20,000 bases of DNA from an uncultured virus (IMG/VR IMGVR_UViG_3300009684_000029) (lineage: Duplodnaviria > Heunggongvirae > Uroviricota > Caudoviricetes), in IMG/VR virus record IMGVR_UViG_3300009684_000029; one strand, given 5' to 3'. The translations under genes and the position numbers were made by a program. Below the pieces are notes generated by a model. That model saw nothing but the letters and a program-made list of their open reading frames with translations, did not search any database and was not told the DNA's origin. Positions 13,973 through 20,000 of this stretch are shown in pieces (positions within the stretch are counted from its first letter, which is position 1; each line of letters begins with the position of its first letter).

Positions 13973-14964
13973 TCGTGGTAGCAACTGTAGATGCTGTTAT
14001 ACCTCAAGACTTATCAGATGCAATAAACGTAACTAATTACCTACGTAAAGGTCAAAGAGTAAGAACAGTCAAGTTAAGAGGAGTATATTCAGAATGCTTA
14101 ATTATTCCTTTAAAATATATTCCAAAAGGAAATATTAATACTTATACTGAAGGTAAAGATATGATGGATGTGATGGGTATCTTTAAATATGAACCACCTG
14201 TTAGACAAATTCAATTATCAGGAGGTCGTAAAATAAAATATAAAGATAATCCAAACTTTAAAGTATATTATAAGTTTCCAAATGCTAAGAACGTAAATGG
14301 AATGTTTACTGAAGAGAACTATGTTCAAATAACCCGCAAAATTCATGGTACTAACGCTCGATATGGCATTATAAAGAAAACTAAATTATCTTTTATAGAT
14401 AAGATACGAAAGTTCTTTAGACTGGCGGATGAGTGGGTTGATTATGAATATATTTATGGTTCACATAATGTAGAGAAGGGTAGTGATACTCAAGGATTTT
14501 ATTCAACTGATGTTTGGAGAACTATAGATGAAAAATATGGTATCAAAGAAAAATTATGGCACTTTGCAAAATTAGCCGAAGCAAAATATATTGGTGATGG
14601 AATGATATTGTATGGTGAAATTTATGGTGCGGGTATTCAAAAAGGATATGATTATGGATTAACTGATATTCATTTCTCAGGATTTGATTTATATGGCGGA
14701 GGTGGATATTTAAGTACCGAAATGACATATATGGTAATAGCTGATGAATTAGATTTACCACATGTAGAGATATTATATGAAGGTCCTTGGTCTCAAGAAA
14801 TCCAAGATAAATATACATTCAATAATTTTATTAATGGAACTAAAACACCCCACGAAGGTATTGTTATCAAACATGTTTCGGGAGAACGTGATAAGATATA
14901 TAAATGTATTAATCCAGATTATTTAATATATGCTGAAAAACATAATGTAGAGGATAGTCATTAA
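13831..14964 (+). CDS. RNA ligase, DRB0094 family (Rnl2-like nucleotidyltransferase with N-terminal OB-like domain)
   Basis: N-terminal 'IPGADNIE...GGWNCII...RVRTVKLRGVYSECL'. Motif I KIHGTN, III YGEIYG, IIIa FSGFDL, IV HEGIVIK, V KCINPDY. Confidence 0.9.
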   Translation: MENQNSVCFVAKINEIKEIPGADNIEQAIIGGWNCIIQKGQYAEGGLVVVATVDAVIPQDLSDAINVTNYLRKGQRVRTVKLRGVYSECLIIPLKYIPKGNINTYTEGKDMMDVMGIFKYEPPVRQIQLSGGRKIKYKDNPNFKVYYKFPNAKNVNGMFTEENYVQITRKIHGTNARYGIIKKTKLSFIDKIRKFFRLADEWVDYEYIYGSHNVEKGSDTQGFYSTDVWRTIDEKYGIKEKLWHFAKLAEAKYIGDGMILYGEIYGAGIQKGYDYGLTDIHFSGFDLYGGGGYLSTEMTYMVIADELDLPHVEILYEGPWSQEIQDKYTFNNFINGTKTPHEGIVIKHVSGERDKIYKCINPDYLIYAEKHNVEDSH

Positions 14965-14966
14965 TT

Positions 14967-15206
14967 ATGGAATATTGTACAAGGCTTTTATATAAAACCA
15001 AAATGCATCCTGAGATTTATAATTCAAATATTTCTATGGATCAAAAAATATTTCTTCAAAATCAATTAGAGTATTTGGGAGGTAATTTTGATTTATTATT
15101 AGAAGATATGGAAAAATATGCTATACTTCCTGATATAGAGGATTATGAAAATGCTGCTATAATTAGAGATTATAGAAAATCGATTAAAGAACCTTTATCA
15201 AATTAA
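14967..15206 (+). CDS. Hypothetical protein with UvrB/C-like C-terminal motif
   Basis: 'EDYENAAIIRD' resembles the UVR motif ExYExAAxxRD. Confidence 0.55.
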   Translation: MEYCTRLLYKTKMHPEIYNSNISMDQKIFLQNQLEYLGGNFDLLLEDMEKYAILPDIEDYENAAIIRDYRKSIKEPLSN

Positions 15207-15208
15207 CT

Positions 15209-15556
15209 ATGGAAATTAAAGGCATAACATATAAAGAAGTAGAGAAGGAATTTAAAACCTTAAAGCCAGACTTACTAGATGAATACGCAAAATACTATGG
15301 ATGTTTTATTAAAGATGAATTAGTTGGCGTCGTTTCATATGTTGAGCATCCTGCGGTTATTTATCTTTGTCATGCTTATGTTAAAGAAGAGCATAGAAAT
15401 AAAGGCATATATAAACTCTTATGGAATTACAGAGACTCTAAGATAAAAGAAACTAATAAGACAGTATACGCTCATTGCAACGTAGACAGTTTAAAGTATT
15501 TTATTAATAATGGATATGTAATTGAAAAGGCCTTATTTAAAGTAACTAAAAATTAA
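15209..15556 (+). CDS. GNAT-family N-acetyltransferase
   Basis: 'YVKEEHRNKGIYKLL' acetyl-CoA motif A and 'SLKYFINNGY' motif B. Confidence 0.85.
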   Translation: MEIKGITYKEVEKEFKTLKPDLLDEYAKYYGCFIKDELVGVVSYVEHPAVIYLCHAYVKEEHRNKGIYKLLWNYRDSKIKETNKTVYAHCNVDSLKYFINNGYVIEKALFKVTKN

Positions 15557-15568
15557 ACAATAAAATAT

Positions 15569-15742
15569 ATGGTAGTAAGTCAAGAAATATTAGATACTTT
15601 CATTTATGAGGTATTAAGCAATTCATTTGCAGTATCAAATCCTTTAGATCAAACACGATTAATAGGATATTATGGTACGAAAGCTAAAGCTGAAAAAGCT
15701 TTAATTAATTGGATCGATAAGGAGAATATTGATTTTGAATAA
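15569..15742 (+). CDS. Small hypothetical protein (57 aa, MVVSQEILDTF...)
   Basis: A-rich leader, fills the gap. Not in the ORF track. Confidence 0.5.
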   Translation: MVVSQEILDTFIYEVLSNSFAVSNPLDQTRLIGYYGTKAKAEKALINWIDKENIDFE

Positions 15743-15878
15743 TAAAAAAAATAAACCACCATATGTCTCAGACGATTTCCAAATAGGCCCTGATGGTGCA
15801 TATGAATATACTGAAGATGAGATGAAAGAGTTTTTAGAGTGGGATGTTACGTTAATGGATGGATTAGAAGATGAGTAA
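15735..15878 (+). CDS. Small acidic protein (about 47 aa, TTG start; ...PYVSDDFQIGPDGAYEY...WDVTLMDGLEDE)
   Basis: Open frame with 8-nt overlaps at both ends. Start codon uncertain. Confidence 0.45.
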   Translation: MNNKKNKPPYVSDDFQIGPDGAYEYTEDEMKEFLEWDVTLMDGLEDE

Positions 15879-16152
15879 AAGAAAAGAAAAAAAAGACCGA
15901 ATAAAACAAAGATGGGATGCGCTTCAAACCGAGATTGACAATTTGTTTAATTCAATTATGTATGAATCATTTACAGAATGGAAGGATATTATTGAAACCA
16001 AAATCATACAAATCATTAAGAAATATAATGTCGTGGCTTGGTATGGTAGAGAATTGAAAGTAATTACATCGATACATCCAGTTGATAATGAATACACTTT
16101 TGATGTTAGAACAATCAAAGGTAATTGGAGAGTAATGAAAATCATTAGATAA
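15871..16152 (+). CDS. Hypothetical protein
   Basis: 93 aa ORF, in the operon. Confidence 0.55.
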   Translation: MSKRKEKKDRIKQRWDALQTEIDNLFNSIMYESFTEWKDIIETKIIQIIKKYNVVAWYGRELKVITSIHPVDNEYTFDVRTIKGNWRVMKIIR

Positions 16153-16166
16153 ATTAAGTATGAAAA

Positions 16167-16400
16167 ATGAAAATTCCTAGAAAATTATCCGAAGAAGCTA
16201 AAACTACAACTAATGTAGATGACTATGAAAATTATTTTAGTAATAATTCTATATTTAAAAGATGGTCATTAGTCCACCCTAATATTACCATGAAAACATC
16301 TATTAAATGTGATAAGATATGTTGTAATATATTACAAAATAAAATAGATGAAAAAATAGGTGTATCTCAATTATTAATGACACTAAATAAGAATGAATAA
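16167..16400 (+). CDS. Hypothetical protein
   Basis: 77 aa ORF, in the operon. Confidence 0.5.
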   Translation: MKIPRKLSEEAKTTTNVDDYENYFSNNSIFKRWSLVHPNITMKTSIKCDKICCNILQNKIDEKIGVSQLLMTLNKNE

Positions 16401-16415
16401 TATAGAAAAAATAAA

Positions 16416-17504
16416 ATGAACAAACTAGATAAACAATATACAGATCTATTACAAGATATTCTTGATAATGGAGTTACGAAAAGTGACAGAACAGGAACTG
16501 GAACTATTAGTATATTTGGAAGACAAATCCGTCATAAGATGAGTGATGGATTTCCTTTATTAACAACCAAGAAGATGCCATTTAAAACTATTGTAACTGA
16601 ATTGTTATGGTTCCTACGTGGCGATACTAATATCAAGTTCTTAGTTGATAACGGATGTCATATTTGGGATGGTGATGCTTTCAAAAACTATATAAAAAAC
16701 AATCCTAATTCAGATGAACAAATGGTGAATGATACCAATGAAATGGTTAATATCAAAGATTGGTTCATCAACAAAATCAAAACAGATGATGAGTTTGCTA
16801 AACAGTGGGGTGAGTTAGGTCCAATTTATGGAGCACAATGGAGAAAGTGGAAACAATTTATTCCTTATAACGTAACAGAAGAAAATTGTAAAGTAGCTGT
16901 TGCAATAACAGACCAAATCCAAAACCTAATCAACAACCTTAAAACAAATCCAGACTCAAGACGATTGATGGTTAATGTTTGGAATGTAGGAGAACTAGAC
17001 CAAATGGTTCTTCCACCTTGTCACTTTTCGTTTCAAGTTTATACAAGAGAGTTGAGTGAAGAAGAAAGATGTAATTTGCTTTCAGATGATGAAACGAAAA
17101 GTTTTATCATTACAACAAACCCTGATGTGAAATATGGTGAAGAAGTTAAATACACATTAGATACGTTCTATAAACATATTCCAACCAGAGCAATCTCCTT
17201 AATGTGGAATCAACGATCAGTAGATACATTTTTAGGTTTACCATTCAATATAGCAAGTTATGGATTGTTATTATTAATGATTGCTGATGAAGTTAATATG
17301 GTTCCTGATGAGTTAATTGGTAACTTAGGTGATGTACATTTGTATTCAAACCATATCGAACAAGCCAAAGAACAAATTGGTAGACAACCATATAAATTAC
17401 CAGCAGTACACGTTAGAGACGGTATCTTTTGTAGTTCTAATAACGATGTTATTTTAGAAAACTATCAATCACACCCAGCAATTAAAGCTCCGCTAAGTAA
17501 TTAA
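16416..17504 (+). CDS. thyA: Thymidylate synthase (ThyA) with insertions
   Basis: DRTGTGT, FPLLTTKK, ELLWFLRG, LGPIYGAQWR, PDSRR, catalytic LPPCH, QRSVD, PFNIASY and HLYSNH. Confidence 0.97.
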   Translation: MNKLDKQYTDLLQDILDNGVTKSDRTGTGTISIFGRQIRHKMSDGFPLLTTKKMPFKTIVTELLWFLRGDTNIKFLVDNGCHIWDGDAFKNYIKNNPNSDEQMVNDTNEMVNIKDWFINKIKTDDEFAKQWGELGPIYGAQWRKWKQFIPYNVTEENCKVAVAITDQIQNLINNLKTNPDSRRLMVNVWNVGELDQMVLPPCHFSFQVYTRELSEEERCNLLSDDETKSFIITTNPDVKYGEEVKYTLDTFYKHIPTRAISLMWNQRSVDTFLGLPFNIASYGLLLLMIADEVNMVPDELIGNLGDVHLYSNHIEQAKEQIGRQPYKLPAVHVRDGIFCSSNNDVILENYQSHPAIKAPLSN

Positions 17505-17520
17505 TTATTACAAAATAAAG

Positions 17521-17557
17521 GTTGTTTATTTGAAATAAAGATCTTATATTTAAGTAT
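17521..17557 (+). promoter_or_regulatory. Putative promoter GTTG-N20-TATATTTAAGTAT
   Basis: Near-identical to 13671-13707. Confidence 0.65.
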
Positions 17558-17575
17558 AAATAAATAATAAAGGTT

Positions 17576-17755
17576 ATGACAAATAAAACAAAAGCAGCAA
17601 TGTGGACTTCGATCCTATTAATTGCATTATCATTTTTATCAGTGTGTATTACTTGCTATCCAAGAATAGCTTTATATGTATTTGCTGCCGGTGCATTTGC
17701 CGTGTCAATATCAATGATATATCATATGATTTTAGCGATTTTAGGAGACCAATAA
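17576..17755 (+). CDS. Small two-TM membrane protein (59 aa)
   Basis: MTNKTKAAMWTSILLIALSFLSVCITCYPRIALYVFAAGAFAVSISMIYHMILAILGDQ, directly after the promoter box. Not in the ORF track. Confidence 0.6.
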   Translation: MTNKTKAAMWTSILLIALSFLSVCITCYPRIALYVFAAGAFAVSISMIYHMILAILGDQ

Positions 17756-17756
17756 T

Positions 17757-17963
17757 ATGATATCATTTGAACCATTAATACTTTCATTAAATGTATACCG
17801 TAAGAAGCATACTATTGAAATGACAGATACAGCCTCAATAGAAGAATTATATGATGCATTCAATGCTTTATTGATTGGAATGAGTTATAATCAAAAAACT
17901 ATCGATAATCATATTATTGATCGGGCTAATTCAATAAACAGATATAATCCAGAGACTGAATAA
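17757..17963 (+). CDS. Hypothetical protein
   Basis: 68 aa, in the operon. Confidence 0.55.
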   Translation: MISFEPLILSLNVYRKKHTIEMTDTASIEELYDAFNALLIGMSYNQKTIDNHIIDRANSINRYNPETE

Positions 17964-17979
17964 TAAAAATAAATAAAAT

Positions 17980-18354
17980 ATGATGAATTTAAAATTAATA
18001 AGGATAGTACTTTTATTAGCTCTGACAACTCAAATAACTCACGCAGCTTGGGTATTTAATGAAATATCAAAAGATAATTACAGTTTGATATCAGAAATAA
18101 TGTCATATGTATTTGCGATATCATTGGAAAGTAGTATATATATTTTTACTATGGCCGGCAAGAAAAAGACTGCGTGGTCATTTGCTTTGATATCAACAGC
18201 GTTAAATATATTATATTATTGGTTTACGATTGGATTTACATTTCAATTTATGTCAATGATAATAATATCTCCAATAATTCCAATAACAATATGGTATTAT
18301 AGTGAATTAATTGATGATAATAACAAACCTAAATTAGGCAGACCAAAAAAATAA
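17980..18354 (+). CDS. Multi-pass membrane protein (about 4 TM)
   Basis: 124 aa with four hydrophobic stretches and a basic C-terminal 'KLGRPKK'. Confidence 0.65.
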   Translation: MMNLKLIRIVLLLALTTQITHAAWVFNEISKDNYSLISEIMSYVFAISLESSIYIFTMAGKKKTAWSFALISTALNILYYWFTIGFTFQFMSMIIISPIIPITIWYYSELIDDNNKPKLGRPKK

Positions 18355-18363
18355 ATAAAATAT

Positions 18364-18501
18364 ATGAGTAGAGGAAATCATCAATTAAAGTTCGACTGCC
18401 TAATGGCATGGATCGACCAAACTAAAAAACAAAGTAAGTACGGGAAGAAAAAGCCTGAGACTGAAGAAGTATCAAAGTATAATAAAAAACCAAAGAGATA
18501 G
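18364..18501 (+). CDS. Small basic hypothetical protein (45 aa, MSRGNHQLKF...)
   Basis: Fills the gap between 18354 and 18505. A-rich leader. Confidence 0.5.
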   Translation: MSRGNHQLKFDCLMAWIDQTKKQSKYGKKKPETEEVSKYNKKPKR

Positions 18502-18504
18502 ATT

Positions 18505-18888
18505 ATGGTATACGTAAAAATAAAAACAGACAATATCGAATTAAATATTTCGAATGACGAATATAATATCGAAACAGAAGATTTTTTAGAGTCAATGAAA
18601 TCAGTCATTGATATGGTTATTGAAGCTGAGAACAATATAACTTATAATACCCAGACTCAACCGGATTGGGATACAGAAGAGCAAAAAGAAACTTTTCAAA
18701 GTATAATGAGTAAAAGGAACCGATATGGGTTCAAGGCTAATGGAATTGATAATTTAGTATCATCATTCTTAGATGTGTTGAAAGATATTAAGCCTCAGCC
18801 TCAGAAAAATGATGAACCTAAATCTTCAGACTTAGATCAAATAAATGCCATTATTGAAAAATGGAATAGCTACGGCAGACAAAAGTAA
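18505..18888 (+). CDS. Hypothetical protein
   Basis: 127 aa ORF. Confidence 0.6.
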   Translation: MVYVKIKTDNIELNISNDEYNIETEDFLESMKSVIDMVIEAENNITYNTQTQPDWDTEEQKETFQSIMSKRNRYGFKANGIDNLVSSFLDVLKDIKPQPQKNDEPKSSDLDQINAIIEKWNSYGRQK

Positions 18889-18895
18889 ATAAGAC

Positions 18896-18966
18896 GATCG
18901 TATTGAGCATAAAACCTAATTATCTATATTCTTATAAAGATGATTATAATAAAGCTCAATACGATC
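18896..18966. repeat. Long intergenic inverted repeat / hairpin
   Basis: GATCGTATTGAGC (18896-18908) and GCTCAATACGATC (18954-18966) are perfect 13-bp complements. Inner stem TAATTATCT/AGATGATTA. Confidence 0.85.
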
Positions 18967-19004
18967 ATTATTCCTTATTAATTTATTATAATACAATAAT
19001 ATAA

Positions 19005-19226
19005 ATGGAATCAAAGAAACAAACAGCAGTAGAATTTTTAATAAAAGAGTTTAGTGAAATATTGGGACCATTAGTAACAAAACCAATGCAAGATTTATTA
19101 ATGATGGATGCAATGAAACAAGCCAAAGCAATAGAGAAAGAACAACACAGTAGAACTTATAATCAAAGGTTATTAAGTAACTTTCAAACATTTGAGCATT
19201 ATTGGAACGAAACATTTAAAGATTAA
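19005..19226 (+). CDS. 'KQTAVE' family small protein, copy 1
   Basis: KQTAVEFL...QAKAIEKEQ...YWNETFKD. Confidence 0.7.
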   Translation: MESKKQTAVEFLIKEFSEILGPLVTKPMQDLLMMDAMKQAKAIEKEQHSRTYNQRLLSNFQTFEHYWNETFKD

Positions 19227-19249
19227 ATTATGAGCAAACAAACAGCAGT
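19206..19249 (+). repeat. 44-bp perfect direct repeat spanning a gene junction, copy 1
   Basis: AACGAAACATTTAAAGATTAAATTATGAGCAAACAAACAGCAGT, identical at 19637-19680. Confidence 0.9.
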
Positions 19250-19430
19250 AGAATACTTAGAAGAAGCAGACCAATATCTATTCAAATCAATTACTAATTT
19301 ACATATTGCAAAAGAGCAATTAGAGGAATTAGAGGATATGGATGATGATGAATGGAATTTGGCAGCAGATATTGAAACTGAAATATCTAATTTAATTAAA
19401 GTACGATTATCAATTAAAAAACTATTATGA
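19230..19430 (+). CDS. 'KQTAVE' family small protein, copy 2 (N-terminal motif only)
   Basis: MSKQTAVEYL followed by unrelated acidic helical sequence. Confidence 0.65.
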   Translation: MSKQTAVEYLEEADQYLFKSITNLHIAKEQLEELEDMDDDEWNLAADIETEISNLIKVRLSIKKLL

Positions 19431-19657
19431 GTAAACAAACAGCAGTTGAAATAGTTTTAGAACAACAACAACAATTATTAAATCAATTAATATCTGGTGA
19501 AATTGAAATTAAAGAGTATAAATATTATGCATCTTTAGCAATTAACCAAGCCAAAGAAATGGAAAAGCAACAGATAATTGATGCTTGGGAAGATGGACAA
19601 CATTCATTTTCTTCAAGAAATGCAGAACAATACTACAACGAAACATTTAAAGATTAA
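19427..19657 (+). CDS. 'KQTAVE' family small protein, copy 3
   Basis: MSKQTAVE...QAKEMEKQQIIDAW...AEQYYNETFKD. Confidence 0.7.
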   Translation: MSKQTAVEIVLEQQQQLLNQLISGEIEIKEYKYYASLAINQAKEMEKQQIIDAWEDGQHSFSSRNAEQYYNETFKD

Positions 19658-19680
19658 ATTATGAGCAAACAAACAGCAGT
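19637..19680 (+). repeat. 44-bp perfect direct repeat spanning a gene junction, copy 2
   Basis: Identical to 19206-19249. Confidence 0.9.
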
Positions 19681-19855
19681 TGAATGGTTATATGAGTTAT
19701 CTAAAGAAAGAGAACTTGATAAGTTTGATTTAGAACAAGCCAAAGAAATGGAGAAGCAAAGAATGTTTAAGTTCGCAATATGGTACTCAGGAATGGAAGA
19801 AAATAAAGTTGAAAAAGCATACGAAAGATATTTAATTGAAACATTTAATAAATAA
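19661..19855 (+). CDS. 'KQTAVE' family small protein, copy 4
   Basis: MSKQTAVEWL...QAKEMEKQ...YLIETFNK. Confidence 0.7.
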   Translation: MSKQTAVEWLYELSKERELDKFDLEQAKEMEKQRMFKFAIWYSGMEENKVEKAYERYLIETFNK

Positions 19856-19908
19856 TATTATTACCTATTTTATTTTTACAACATTTTTATACTTTTGTAT
19901 CCAATATC

Positions 19909-20000
19909 ATGAGAATATCTAAAGAACAAAAAATAGCCTACGACCTCTATGGTGAATATGTTACCATATTTGGACTCGAAATATTTACCATCAAACCACA
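19909..20000 (+). CDS. Hypothetical protein, truncated by the window end (MRISKEQKIAYDLYGEY...)
   Basis: Open frame to the window end, preceded by TACTTTTG (19890-19897), a Bacteroidota -7-like box. Confidence 0.45.
   Translation, partial: MRISKEQKIAYDLYGEYVTIFGLEIFTIKP

Noticed and set aside
16416..17504. Intron or intein in thyA
   Set aside because: The frame is uninterrupted, the inserts are short, and there are no intein C/S...HN ends or homing endonuclease motifs.
268..19438. All minus-strand ORFs in the track (e.g. 268..453, 3697..3954, 5235..5525, 6571..6993, 14543..14818, 19223..19438)
   Set aside because: They lie antisense to well-supported, tightly packed + strand genes and have the F/L/I/S-rich composition typical of shadow frames.
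19005..19855. KQTAVE repeats as a CRISPR array or DGR template/variable repeats
   Set aside because: Repeats are coding, spaced about 200-230 bp apart and non-palindromic. No cas or reverse transcriptase gene in the window and no adenine-specific mismatch pattern seen.
1..20000. Stop-codon reassignment (alternative genetic code)
   Set aside because: Known enzymes (ThyA, RNA ligase, phosphoesterase) are full length under code 11. TGA stops form normal ATGA overlaps and genes tile without fragmentation.

Overview
AT-rich, gene-dense window in which every credible gene is on the + strand. It most likely comes from a large (jumbo-type) tailed phage of a Bacteroidota/Flavobacterium-like host. Supporting this: no obvious Shine-Dalgarno sites, A-rich leaders, seven promoter-like boxes of the form (G/T)T(T/A)G-N20-TAnnTTwA resembling the Bacteroidota -33/-7 promoter, an Hc1-like histone gene, and a lipoprotein with D-S-(T/V) glycosylation sequons. 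The left part (304-8557) is a block of about 13 genes, 12 of which begin with a short amphipathic leader ending in (L/I)xE (MIKLKxLL(K)E or LKxLIKEEIRxILKE). The leader is fused to unrelated cargo domains: FMN reductase/flavodoxin-like, Cys-His-Asp domain, LRR-like repeats and basic modules. It is best read as a capsid-targeting/prohead-protease-cleaved leader on a set of virion-packaged proteins (inference). The right part (8.6-20 kb) holds small hypothetical and membrane genes, a dispersed RNA-repair set (metallophosphoesterase, P-loop kinase, DRB0094-type RNA ligase), a lysozyme-like protein, a GNAT, thyA, a long intergenic hairpin and a tandem array of four 'KQTAVE' genes with conserved ends and variable cores. 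No tRNA, rRNA, CRISPR array or transposase was seen. Family names come from motif recognition only; no database searches were run.
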